The notes under the pieces were generated by a model, which worked only from the letters and a program-made list of their open reading frames with translations, was not told the DNA's origin and ran no database searches. Shown piece after piece: positions 16,741 through 29,547 of a stretch of 64,000 nt of DNA. The position numbers and the translations under genes are program-made. Position 1 is the stretch's first letter, and each line of letters opens with the position of its first letter. Source of the DNA: the human T2T-CHM13v2.0 reference genome, Homo sapiens; assembly GCF_009914755.1 (NCBI RefSeq), contig NC_060935.1, one strand, 5' to 3'.

Positions 16741-17966
16741 GCCTTAATGTGATAGCTTAGTCACATAACAAATCTCTTTGTGTCTTTGTAAACTAAACTT
16801 TTCAAAGCATTTTAAAGGTTCCAAGGCTTCAATTAAACTTTATGTTTTAGAAAATAATATTAAACAAAGCTTTTGTTTCTCTCTCTTAAATGAATTCACT
16901 GTAAACCAAAAAATACATTGGTTGATACGTAAAGTTTTCTTTTTCTGTACTTTTTGTTCTCACCCAATTCTTCAGGCCTAAATGAAAACATGTTTTCAAT
17001 GAGCAAAGTTGAAAGCAAAACTAAATTGTGTTCCTAAAGAGAAAACTGTGAAATACTTTGCAAGTGGCAAGTATTATAAATCTATAGACAAAAGTAAAAT
17101 GTATCTTATAAATCTAAATATATAGCTGTGACATGGATGGGGAAAGCACTAGAATTATTGTGACGTTTCATCATAAAATTGATTCAAAAGAAAAATAATG
17201 CATTTGCCAGGGTAATGTGCCTCAGTCCCATGTGCAATTCCAATACTTAATTGGGTATTACACCCAACAATTTATGATAGAGCATCTCAACTATGCAATC
17301 ATCCTTGTCCCTGAAATATGTGCTAAAAATTCCCCAAATGCATCTTTATTCTTTCATCTTTATAAATCTAAGGTTGGGAAAAAGAAGACTTTTAGCAAAA
17401 ATTGTTTAACATCAGGGGAAATTTTGAGATGTTCAAACGTGCTTTAACAAATTAATAGTCTAGACTGAGATTTCATGGACAATAAGCTTGAAAAGGAAAA
17501 ATAAATTACAAATGAAATAGGAGACACATTTCAAAGAAATAACTTATTTTAATGACTGTTTCTCCTCTTTGTTGTAAATTTTAAGATTAAAAAAAGTTGC
17601 ACTAAATTACTGAATTATAAGAACTCCATGGATACCCACAGTGCTTGGTGTTCCTTTCCAATACATTGAGGGCAGGAGCCTGTTAAACATGCATTATCTC
17701 CTACAGCACTTGCCACAGCAGCAGGCACAAAGCAGGCCCTCAATAAGAATGCGGTTGCATTGTTTTGATTGGAAGAATATACGACAGTGAAATGTATTTG
17801 CTTATTTTTACTCTCCATTTATTCACACCCCAATGTTTGCATTGTCTCTGTTCTCATTGCAACCTTATCCTTTAACTCCAAATATTTATTCTTACATGCA
17901 AATTGTCCATATGTTATATTTGTAACATATATCTAATTGTTGTGTAATTTGATAATGCTTAGTTTT

Positions 17967-18283
17967 ATTTTATTTATTTTTATTTTTATTTTTTAGACGG
18001 AGTCTTACTCTGTCACGCCCAGGCTGGAGTGCAGTGGCGCGATCTCAGCTCAGTGCAATTTCTGCCTCCTGGGTTCAAGTGATTCTCCTGCCTCAGCCTC
18101 CTAAGTAGCTGGGATTACAGGCACTTTCCACCCACCATGCCCGGCTAATTTTTTGTGTTTTTAGTAGAGATGGGGTTTCATCATGTTGATCAGGCTGGTT
18201 TCGAGTTCCTGACCTCAGGTGATCCGCCCGCCTCAGCCTCCCAAAGTGCTGGGAATACAGGCATGAGCCACTGCGCCCAGTCC
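17967..18283 (-). mobile_element. Alu (AluSx-like), about 60 bp from the exon 6 donor
   Basis: Full dimer; TSD gataatgcttagtttt / gataatgcctactttt (17951-17966, 18284-18299). Confidence 0.93.
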
Positions 18284-18345
18284 GATAATGCCTACTTTTA
18301 AAGATGTTCCTAAACCTAAAGAAAAGGCTAAGAATAACAACTTAC

Positions 18346-18373
18346 CAGTTGTGAAGAGAAGTTTTCTAGGATC
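18346..18373 (-). CDS. NOX4: NOX4 coding micro-exon (exon 6), 28 nt: DPRKLLFTT(V)
   Basis: Long U tract, ttttctttttctcag|GATCCT...CAACTG|gtaagt; needed to keep frame between its neighbours. Confidence 0.96.
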
Positions 18374-19606
18374 CTGAGAAAAAGAAAAAAAAATAAATGA
18401 TTAAAAACTAAAGCACTGATGATATATAATTCTATAAAGAGTATGCAGGATCTACAAACCACATACTTGTCATGTAAAATACTGTTCATCCAACGGAAGT
18501 GAGAAAGACTCGATTAAGTTTCATAACATTTTCACAATGCTAGAGGAGATTACAACAAGTAAAAACCCAATTCAGAGAAATCTATCCATCTGAGGCAAAA
18601 TACTGGATGACTCAAAAGGCCCAGAAATTATTCTTAATGGTTACCTACAAGCTGGTGGCACTGGTTTTAAGCCCATCTTTGACCATTTTGAAACTCAATA
18701 TCTTAGCCATGATGTTAAACTATTATTATATACTCTGTCTACCAAAACCGTGAAACTGCATCACAAGATGTGAAGACAGAATTAAAAACCAATAAAATAT
18801 GTAGGGGATTTGCGCATTGTAAGCTCAGTACGAAGAAGACTAATTGAGAGCTTTCTGTGTTTCAAATATAGTGAAAAGTGGTGAGGATACTCAAATAAAA
18901 ACCAGTTTCTGCTACTTAGAAATATGAAACATTAATATTGCTAAAATATTGTATGATTTCCTTTAAACTACATCTCTTATGCTCTAATGGTTATAGTCAG
19001 CACCCTTCTACCTTCTGGAAAACCAATCGCCACTAGATTTGTGGATTTATTTTTTATCCCCGTGGTGCTTAATATTTCACAAGCTTTTGAATTTCTTTCT
19101 GTGTGCCTCCATTGAATCTGGGGTCAGGCCAGACTATGTACTAAGAAGGAAACGATTGATATAGTGTCATCTGGGGGTCTTTGAATAAGGACCACTTGCT
19201 TAGGAATAGCTCCTCACCTGGCTTAATTCAATTGACTTCTATTCCAACTATTAGAAACATGGCTATAGGGTGATCTAAGAAAACTGAATATATAAACAAC
19301 CCATAAAAATATCATATGGGCTGAACAAAGTGGTAAGAATAGAAATGTGAATAAATACCTAAGAAAACCCAGAAGATGGAACAATTAATATTGCTAGAGA
19401 AAGAAAATGAAACATGAGAGTGAGAGATGTTTTCACAGTGGCAAGATGAGGCAGATTTAGCCGGGCTATCAAGGAAGTGCAGCAGTCACAAGGTGGAGGG
19501 TGAGTCCTTGCATGCAGAGTAAAAGCATAAAAGAAGAACAATAGGGTATATTGGCACAAAACCATCTTTTTCAAAAGTGCTTCACAAAATAACATATGTG
19601 TTGACT

Positions 19607-19627
19607 ATATATATATATATATATATA
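19607..19627. repeat. (TA)n microsatellite
   Basis: About 10 TA units. Confidence 0.9.
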
Positions 19628-21790
19628 ATCAATATATAAATATATCAATATATAAAATATAATCTATATATAATAGATATGCCATATATTTATTTACATA
19701 ATATTTAAATACATAAGTATATATACACTTATTTTCATCTACATCTAATGCATGGCCTTGTACCTATTAGATGCTAAATACATATTTATTAAAAAGAGAG
19801 AAAAAAGCATAAAGAGAGACATGAAAGAAGGAATACAAGAAGAAATAAAGGCAGGGGAAATACTAACTTAAAACATTGAGTTGCCATTTTCATCCCTTAG
19901 ATTGGGAAAAAAAAACAGAGATGAGTTGTAGAAATAGGCATTCTAATATTAGTTAGAAGTGTGAAAACAGGAGAAGACTTTTTAAAAAGGAATTTGGCAC
20001 TGTCCATCAAAACTAAAAATGTACAACCTTTTAAACCAAAATTCTACAACTACAGATCTGTGTAGAAGAGGACAAAGAAATACATTCACTGGAGTGTGGT
20101 TCAGAACAAAACCCTAGAATCAATCTAAATGTCTGAATAAGAAAAAGACTAAAAATAAATTATGGCATAGTCATATGGAGAGAATGAGATAGATTAAGAT
20201 ATGTTGATACAATAAGCTATAAAAGTATATTTATGCAAACAAGTAAATCGCCAAGGAATATATACCATAAAATGCGACTCAAAATATCAGAAAAAAACAT
20301 AATAAACTGTGGCTTGTTTTGGAGGAGAAGCTTTCACTTTTAACTTCATTTACTTGAGAGTTTTAAAATATTTTATATTGAGCATGTATAACTTTTCAAA
20401 GAAAATAAATTTAATAACTGAAAATTTTGAAATCACTAAAAATATTGGAACTTAAGCAAAAGTTTATTCCATTAAAATGAGAAAACCATTAAAGTTATTA
20501 AAGACATGAATTCTGAAAAGAGAAGAAAAGAAGGAAAAGAGAAACAAAGGAAATGTTGGAACAGGGGCAGGAAACAAGTAGCTAGTGATTTGAGCAGAGG
20601 GCAGCAGGAGAAAGGGAAGCAGGTGGAAGTGAGATGGGCAGAAGTGGAGGCTGGGTCTGAAATTACATGTGAAGCGCTGTCACTGGCCTGCTAAGGAGCG
20701 GGAATTTTTCAGTGGTTCTCAGTGCTGGATGCACTCTACAAGCCTGGTAAATTTTTACAAATTATCAATGCCTGCCTCCCATCCAAGACTAATTAGATCA
20801 TGTTGGTATTTTTTAAAATACCAATAGAGACAAGGGCTATATCAAAAGTTGCTGGCTATTTTGGTTTTGTGATTTGTTTCTGAATTTGTTGTTACTTTTT
20901 CCTCTGTTTTGTTTTGAGATGGAGGTCAAACACATGAACACAACAGTATTAAACCTAGAAAACTCTGGTGATATGTGGAGGGGAAAAAGGAGTGGGGAAG
21001 GTGGGGAAAAAAGTTAATAAGTCACTACCAAACTTAGTCTGCAGAACAGGAAAATAAGGGGGGGGGATGCTGATTTAAATGGGACAGAACAGTTTGTTTT
21101 TGATGTAGTCTTGGCATTGTGAAGCAAAGGCAGCCTGAGGACTGTATGAAAGCATCAACCAACAGAGACCTAACTGGCTGAGCATGTGCTGTTCATCAGG
21201 CTCTGGCCTGCACCTTGCAAATATAATTTCATTTCATGGATGGCTTCACATGGAGAAAAGCACTCTACGTCAGATATTGCCTGCTACAGAATTGAATTCA
21301 ACATCACTTAATTCGAGGAATGTTTTTAAATGAATGAATCATGAAAACTCACTAACATTTTTTAAGTCAAATAAATTGATTTGTCCAGGATTCACAAAAA
21401 ATCAACCTACTTTTCTTCCCTTTTCCCCAAAACCCAGTATGTGAATTATAAAGTATTTTTACCCTGTAACGGCACTGTCAACACTCTCAGCTGAATGATA
21501 GGAATTAGACAAAAGCTGCTGGGAGTCAGAGGCAGACCTGAGTGGCAACCATCTGAACATTGCAATATAAAAAGTAGACATTCTACCAACTCTCACTTTC
21601 AGCAGGAGACACTATGAAATAGTAATTACTTATATTTTCTACTGAAAAGGAATAAAGCTCAACTTGACAACTGCATTTTAAAAGCACTCAAAAGGAGCAG
21701 TAAGGTACAAATTTTCAGGGAAAAATCACAGACCCTCATTAGTCATCTCATGACAAGTGAAAGAAAAATGGGAAGACAGAGACCACCCAC

Positions 21791-21888
21791 CTCATCTCGG
21801 TATCTTGCTGCATTCAGTTCAACAAAGTCTTCACTGTAATTCACTGAGAAGTTGAGGGCATTCACCAGATGGGCAGCCACATGCACGC
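21791..21888 (-). CDS. NOX4: NOX4 coding exon (exon 5), 98 nt: (G)VHVAAHLVNALNFSVNYSEDFVELNAARYRDE; haem-ligand His119, N-glycosylation sequons NFS and NYS
   Basis: ttctgtag|GCGTGC...GATGAG|gtgggt; the peptide also appears in ORF-track entry 21743..21928. Confidence 0.97.
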
Positions 21889-22122
21889 CTACAGAATTAC
21901 ACCAGGGGTAAGTTAGTGGGATTTGCATATATGCTCTATGTCAAGGACTCAGTTCTTCCTCTCCCTAAGTAAATACAGGGCCAAACTTTGACAGCTATGT
22001 GGACAATGAAATATTACATTGAAAGGTGAAGTTTTAAAGACACAAAAAACTGAACTATAGACAGTTTACCAAATTTTCAAAGGCTGTAATGAAACAACCC
22101 TAGTAAGTCAGGGATAAGAGAA

Positions 22123-22171
22123 ACACACACACACACACACACACACATACACACACACATCCTCCCCCTAA

Positions 22172-22203
<32 letters not shown>
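22123..22203. repeat. Compound (CA)n microsatellite: two arrays split by tcctcccccta
   Basis: Read directly from the sequence. Confidence 0.95.
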
Positions 22204-23109
22204 TAAATATGCATCTAATGATATGAGTATTTATTTACTTGAGCACCTCCCTGATATTTTAGGTATTCCACATCTTTCACCTCTTCCATAGTTCCAAATC
22301 TGCTATTAATACATATCTTGCATACTTCCCTACCCCATAAGGTAAATTATAGGCCACTGAAAGACTTTCAACTAGTAGAAATTTTTCACAATCCACAGAT
22401 TTAAATCATAATATTCTTAACCCAACAGAAAAAGTGTTGGGAATCACTTCATGGGACAAAATTCAGGAAAACAATAATCACAATAAACAAAGGGCTCGAC
22501 TGACTTAGAGCTCACATAAATAATAGCAGTGTTAGGAAATTACTAGAGATGTGAAGATGAACTCATTTTGGCAAAGCTAGGGTAATAAAAATTATTTTGA
22601 GGAGGTTGGGTAAGGAAGGAGAAATTGAGATGTGCACGGGCCCATCACACCTTCCCCCTTGCTCAAGCTTTGCTTGTAGGCAAAATAAGGTGTGAATTAA
22701 CACCACATTTTAATGTATTGAAAATACAACAGGTAACTCGCTGGAAAATTTGTGATCTTGGCCATATTATTTGCCTTTCAGGGGCCTTAATTTACTTCTC
22801 TGTAAAATGATGGTGACAGAAACAAAAGGCTTAATGAGATAAGTGATCTGAAATTGCTTAGTAAACCATTATAGTTCACAATATGTGTAGTGCAATGGTT
22901 CAAAAGAAGACATAGCCTGGAATCTAGAAAACTCTATAATTTCCCACAACCCATAATGTAAAATGTAGAGGGCTTAGAGTTCTAAGGTACTCACACACAC
23001 ACACACACAAAAATAATGAAAGTGAGAGAGGATTAGAATGCTAAAATGCCTGAAAGTTATTTAAAAGATTTATAAGGTCCTTCAAGTAATCAAATTAGAA
23101 GTAGGGGAA

Positions 23110-24715
23110 GAGTCAGGACTTACTATGAAGTTACAGTAATCAAGAATGTATGGTATTAGCAAAAGAAAAGACAAATAGATTAATGGAACAGAATAGAGAG
23201 CCCAGAAATACGCCCACATTAATACAGTCAATTGATCTTTGGCAAAAGAGCAAAAGCAATACAAAGAAGAAAATGCGTTTGTCACAAATGGACCTGAAAC
23301 AAGGAAGCATTCACATTTAAATAAATAAATCTAGTCATAGACTTTACACCCTTCACAAAAATTAACTGAAAATGAATCAGAGACCCAAATGTAAAATGCA
23401 AAACCATAAAACTCCTCAAAGGATACACGGGAAAAAGTCTATATGAGCTTGGGTTTGGTGTTGGCTTTTTAGATACAATGTCAGAGACATGATCCATGAA
23501 AGAAAGAATTAATAAGCTGGCCTTCATTAAAATTAAAATTTCAGCTCTGCAAAAGACGTTGTGAACACCATGAGAAGATAAGCCACAGACTGGGAAAAAG
23601 CATTTGCAAAAGACATATCGATAAAGGATTATTATCAAAATATACAAAGAACACTTAAAATTCAATAACAAGAAAACAAACAACCCAATTAAAAAAATGT
23701 GCCAAACATCTCAATAGATACCTCACCAAAGAAGATATACAGATGGCAAACAAGCACGAAAAGATGATCCACATTATATAACATCAGAGAAATGCAAATT
23801 AAAATGACAAGTTACCACTACGTACCTATTAGAATGACCAAAATCCAGAATACTGACAACACCAAATATTGGTGAGATTGCACAGCAACAGAAACTGTCA
23901 TTCATTGCAGGTGGGGGATGCAAAAAATGGTACAGCCATATTGGAAGTGAGTTTGGTGGTTTCTTAAAAACTACACATACTCTTACCACATGATCTCGCA
24001 CTCATACTCTTGGATATTTACCCAAAGGAACTAAAAATGTATGCCCACACAAAAACAGGCACATTAATGTTTACAGCAGCTTTATTCATTATTGTCGAAA
24101 TCTGGAAGCAACCAACATGTCTTTCAATAGGTGAATAGATAAAAAAAAAACTGTGGTACATCCAGATAAGGGAATATTATTTACCACTATAAAAAGATGA
24201 ACTCTCAAGCCATGAAAAGACACAAAGGAAACTTAAATTCATATTACTAAGTGAAAGAAGCCAATCTGAAAAGACTACATATAGCATGATTCCAACTATA
24301 TTGCATTCTAGAAAAGGCAGAATTATGGAGACTGTAAACACTAACCAGTGGTGGTCTGGCGTTAGTGGGAAAGGAAAGATAAATAGGCAGAGCACAGAGG
24401 ATTTTTAGGGCAATGAACTATTCTGCATGTTACAGTAATGGTGGGTACAGGTCATTACACATTTGTGCAAACCCATAGAATGTATAGCATCAAGTGTGAA
24501 CCCTGATGTAAAGCATGGACTTTAGGTTATAATGATATGTCAATTAATGTAAATTTATCAATTGTAAAAAATTGTACCACTCTGGCAGGGGATGTTGATA
24601 ATGGGGGAGGCTATACATGCATGAGGACAAATGATATACAAAAACTCTCTATATCTTCCTCTCAATTTTGCTGTGAACATAAATCTGCCCTACAGAAAAA
24701 TAGTCTTTAAAAATT
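23110..24715 (+). mobile_element. L1MC1-like ORF2 3' part plus 3'UTR
   Basis: ORF2-like aatggaacagaatagagagcccagaaata; 3' end ctcaattttgctgtgaac. Confidence 0.8.
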
Positions 24716-25124
24716 TTTAAGAGGAAAAAAAATGGACAGGAAGCTAACATGAGTTAAATAACAAGCAAGGACAAGTTTCCAAAGTAGTAAAACAAAGGGG
24801 GTCTAAGTGTGACACAACTATGGCACAGGTATAAAATACTATTTACACAAAACTCTCTGTGTCATATAGCTTCATCAATACCCAAATGTATAGTAAAATA
24901 ATCCTTTCATATTAAATTAAAAGCTTATATATTAACTACATACTCTATGGCTAAAAAATGCAAAGTCATCTATAGAAGAATTACTATTCTTTCTGAATTT
25001 CTCTGAAAAAAAATTTGTAGGTAACAGCTATAGAAAATACATAATTAAGGGATATATTCACCTTTTTAAAGGACCTCTTAGGTCAAAAGAATTCAGGGCT
25101 TCTAATTTTAGGCAGCAAGGAAGC

Positions 25125-25300
25125 AGCTCAACCAAGCACTTTACATAGATTTTCTCATTTGATTCTCAAAACAAAGCAATGTGGTAGATAGAGTCATCCC
25201 TATTTTACAGACAAGAAAACTGAAGTTAAAGAAGGGTAATGTAGCCAAAGTCAGACGACTAGTGACTGGCAGAATGCAAACCCTCTGGAACACAAGCTCA
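25125..25300 (+). mobile_element. MIR
   Basis: cctattttacagacaagaaaactgaag core. Confidence 0.65.
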
Positions 25301-26251
25301 TGCTAGCTCAGTTGCTTGGTTGCTCTCCAGTTGAACCAGAATACTTGGACATGATTATAGTTTAGAACAAATTGAGTCACGAATATGCTGGTTTCCTGAT
25401 CCTCCTCCATTTCTGACCTTTCACTCTCCCTCTCCCTAATCTATCTCTAACCCTTACTACACCCTTGGTCCTTATCTCATCCTCACTGAACTGCTAATCC
25501 TATCCCTGAGCCTCTCCCCATCTAACACCTGCAGAGGTGGGACTACCAATTGGAAGACATTCAGAGATAAAACAATGAAGTTACCCATTTCGACAATGCT
25601 TGGCAATTTTTTACCAAGTTAAAAGTAAAATAATTTCTTGGCAATAGCTGTATCAAAACATTCATTAGTCAAAATGGCCCTGCTATCAAAACAGCTATGT
25701 CATCAAATAATGGCCAGGTGAAAATACCAGGTGCTATGCCACTGGAATAATTAACCCTTGCAACTGTAAATTACAATTACTAATTCTATCCTAAAAATTT
25801 CTATTCATTTTCTCATTTTAGTCTTAAATCTATGAGGTAAGTCCTGCTGTCAATCCATTTTACAGTTAAAAACAACAACAACAACAACAGCAAATTGAGG
25901 ATCAGAGAGGTAACATCACACATTAAAACAGAAGGGCAACTGAGGATAGAACCTACGCATGGACTCCTCAGAATCCATGTCCTTCATCACTATGTTTCTT
26001 ACTTTCTGTTCCAAAAATTTGAAAAGTATCATCTAAAAGCTCAGGATCAAAATGTATTTTAAAAAGGCTTATAATAGCACAAAGATCATTGCTTTATTTC
26101 TTAATTTGGAAAAGAGCAAGATAAAGCTTCAGAAATTTTGACATTGGTTTTTCTACCAAATATTAATATCAAAGAAATATTGATCACATATAATTCGGGA
26201 TGGAATCCTAATCTACTAATGAGTATTTCACATTGTAATTTTCATTCATTT

Positions 26252-26553
26252 GGCCAGGTACAGTGGCACCCGCCTATAATCACAGAGCTTTGGGAGGCTG
26301 AGGCAAGCAAATTGCTTGAGCTCAGAAGTTCGAGATCAGCCTGGGCAACATGGTGAAAGCCCGTCTCTACAAAAAAATACAAAAACTAGCCAGGCATGGT
26401 GGCACATGCCTGTAGTCCCAGCTACTTGGGAGGCTGAGGTGGGAGGATGGCTTAAGCCTGGGAAGTAGAGGTTGCAGTTAGCCAAGATTGTACCGCTGTA
26501 CTCCAGCCTGGGCAACAGTGCCAGGCCCTGTTTCAAAAAAATAAAAAATAAAA
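26252..26553 (+). mobile_element. Alu (AluJ-like)
   Basis: Full dimer with A-rich tail; TSD-like ttcattcattt / ttcatgcattt. Confidence 0.92.
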
Positions 26554-26897
26554 TGTTCATGCATTTAAACTCATATCACATCATCACTTTCAGAGCTTGA
26601 AAACTTTTAGTCTGTTTCTTCCAGTATTTCTTACTGGAATGAAATTACTTACTTTCAGGAAATAGTCATTATCAGCTTGGGGGCCAACTTTTGGATATCA
26701 TAATGTAAAAATCACAAGACACATCCATTTTCTGTAATTCCCTGTAGACAACCCTTTTCAAAAACATGGAAAAGAACTACTAAGCTATTTAATAAGAAAA
26801 TCCTAAGTTGCTGACAGCAGATAATGTACAGAACAATAAAATCACACATTTTCCATGTGTAATTTTACGTGTGGTTTAAAACACAAACCACACGACA

Positions 26898-27585
26898 ATC
26901 TTACATTGTTCACCATTAATGACATTATATGTTAATATATCTGCAGGCAATTACCCCAAATTGTCATCAGTGGTTGTTCTGGAAGAATAAGATTAGGGAA
27001 AACTTTCTCTGATCATTCTGTGTATGTCTGGAATGTTTACATTTAAATGTGTAATTCTAACAAATTATTTAATATCTTGTGGCTTTCTCACCTGAGAAAA
27101 TACAGATAGTAACACCACAGGTAATATGGAATGTTCTGCTTTTATCCAACAATCTCCTGGTTCTCCTGCTTGGAACCTAAACAAAAATCATTTAATATGG
27201 TAAAAATAATGCAACAAATGTGATAAAAGTTTTTCAGTATAGCATTGTTCATTATGTCAAAATTTTTAAAATATGGCGGAAGCCTATTAATCAAAAATTG
27301 GTGAGATGAATTATGATCTATCTAGTTAATGGGACACCTAAACCATTAAAAAATATATGTGAGAAGTCCATATTATTGATATAGAAAGATGTTCAAGACA
27401 CATTGTTAGGTTAAAAAAAAAGTTACAAAAAAACTGCACTGTGATCTTATATTGATCAACACTAATGGCATTAGATGTTAACGTATCTGCAGGCACTTAC
27501 CACAAATTGTCATCAGTGGTTGTTCTGGCAGAATAAGATTAGGGTAAACTTTCTCTGATCATTTTGCATATTTCTGGAATGTTTA
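26898..27585. repeat. 142-bp direct repeat flanking NOX4 exon 4 (copies 26898-27039 and 27444-27585)
   Basis: Ungapped manual alignment, 16 mismatches in 142 bp (about 89%), offset 546 bp. Confidence 0.93.
27092..27176 (-). CDS. NOX4: NOX4 coding exon (exon 4), 85 nt: VPSRRTRRLLDKSRTFHITCGVTICIFS(G); polybasic B-loop and haem-ligand His105
   Basis: tttgtttag|GTTCCA...TCTCAG|gtgaga; in frame with the preceding exon. Confidence 0.97.
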
Positions 27586-28224
27586 AGTTTTAAAATATAT
27601 ATGATTTCCTTTTACAGTCAAAAAATAAGATTATTTTAAAATGAAGCAATCTCATCTATAGTTTGAAATGCCTGTTTGATCTTATAACAAAATAAAATGT
27701 CAAGCACCTCTGAATCACTGTTTCACACTCGGGGCAAATCTTTAAGAATGATTAAATACTGAGAGACTTAGGTGGGAACTTTTTATTCCCTGCCACTTAT
27801 CTTCTCTTTCTCCAAGCCAAACCAATAGCCAACCACAGGGATCAAAACCTAGCAGTTTAAATGGTAGGCAACCTAGAGAGAGTTATTTTCACAGATTACT
27901 GCATTAAAAGGAAAGAGTTTCTAAATATAATTATGTAGAAAGGGTTGAGAAGTTTTCCTAGAGTAAATCTGCACACATTAAATTCATAGAACATCAAAGT
28001 GATCTCAAGTTAACAACTCCTTTTAAAATATCAATATCTATCCAGCGGTGCTTTGCTTAGTGAATCTTAGGGAAGAAGAATCAACACGCACACACACAGT
28101 CACACATATACACAAAATTAGTCAAAGACAAAAAAGAATTTTTGTTGATTAGCAGAATGACTGTTTTTGTTTTCTTACATACTTCATTTTACAACACTGC
28201 ATATAATACATGACATCACTATTT

Positions 28225-28380
28225 ATTATTATTATTATTATACTTTAAGTTTTAGGGTACATGTGCACAATGTGCAGGTTAGTTACATATGTATACATGT
28301 GCCATGCTGGTGTGCTGCACCCGTTAACTCGTCATTTAGCATTAGGTATATCTCCTAATGCCATCCCTCCCCCCTCCCCC
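28225..28380 (-). mobile_element. 5'-truncated L1PA3-like 3' end (about 155 bp)
   Basis: Perfect 14-bp TSD TGACATCACTATTT (28211-28224, 28381-28394); (TTA)n tail. Confidence 0.92.
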
Positions 28381-28412
28381 TGACATCACTATTTAATCAA
28401 GACATATTTCTC

Positions 28413-28870
28413 TGCACACGTATGTTTATTGTGGCACTATTCACAATAGTAAAGACTTGGAACCAACCCAAATGTCCAACAATGATAGACTGGATTAAGA
28501 AAATGTGGCACATATATGTGGAATACTATGCAGCCATAAAAAGGATGAGTTCATGTCCTTTGTAGGGACATGGATGAAGCTGGAAACCATCATTCTTAGC
28601 AAACTATCACAAGGACAGAAAACCAAACACCACATGTCCTCACTCATAGGTGGGAAATGAACAATGAGAACACTTGGACACAGGATGGGGAACATCACAC
28701 ACCAGGGCCTGTTGTGGGGTGGGGGGAGGGGGGAGGGATAGCATTAGGAGATATACCTAATGTTAAATGACGAGTTAATGGGTACAGCACACCAACATGG
28801 CACATGTATACATATGTAACAAGCCTGCATGTTGTGCACATGTACCCTAGAACTTAAAGTATAATAAAAA
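28413..28870 (+). mobile_element. 5'-truncated L1PA4/5-like 3' end (about 460 bp)
   Basis: TSD aagacatatttctc / aagacatgtttctc (28399-28412, 28871-28884). Confidence 0.92.
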
Positions 28871-29436
28871 AAGACATGTTTCTCAAGCCTATTACACACT
28901 TCAAAATGAGTATATGTGTTAAGCAGAGATAAGTTGTTGCCAACACCAGCAATCATTTCATGTATTGCTCAGAATCTAAAGGACTCTAGTTTGCTCACCT
29001 GGATTTAGCTAAGTGAAAATACAGAATCTCAATGAGACAAGACATAATGGAAAGAACTCAAATTAGGATTGACCTTAGCTCTGTCATTCCCTAGTCTCGA
29101 AGTTACTCAAAGCCTCTATGCCTGAGGTTTCTTGTGTGTGAAATGAAACTAACAATACCTGATTGTAGAATCCCTGTAAGAATTGTCCAGCATGTATGTG
29201 AAACACTAAGCATAGTGCTGGAAATCCCTGTTAATAATATTACTATTATCCTCTGCCCTTATCTGGTATTGCAGAATAACTCACAGATCATCTTGGCAGG
29301 TGACATGTCTTTTACCATCATCTTACAAGAAATCACTCCAGTCAAAAGTCAGACTATGAAAAGTAAACAAACTAACATGCGACTGTTACACTTGATTTTT
29401 ATGCTGGAATTTGAAAGTAGGACTGTTTTTTCTTAC

Positions 29437-29547
29437 CTTCTGTGATCCTCGGAGGTAAGCCAAGAGTGTTCGGCACATGGGTAAAAGGATAAGGCTGCAG
29501 TTGAGGTTAAGAACAGATGCTGAGGCTCTGCTTAGACACAATCCTAG
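29437..29547 (-). CDS. NOX4: NOX4 coding exon (canonical exon 3), 111 nt, phase 0-0: [37 protein letters not shown]
   Basis: Minus strand reads ttgttcag|CTAGGA...CAGAAG|gtaaga. Translation matches NOX4 TM2 and the NOX-family LLPMCR motif. Confidence 0.97.

Noticed and set aside
20977-21066. G-quadruplex
   Set aside because: Only three closely spaced runs of 3 or more G; the fourth is about 50 nt away.
28211-28884. Single L1 with a twin-priming inversion
   Set aside because: Both parts contain the L1 3' terminus, and each has its own distinct TSD.
10460-29547. NOX4 pseudogene copy rather than the functional gene
   Set aside because: All five exons are in frame with intact GT-AG sites and match NOX4 protein as I recall it. 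A duplicated paralogue cannot be excluded without alignment.
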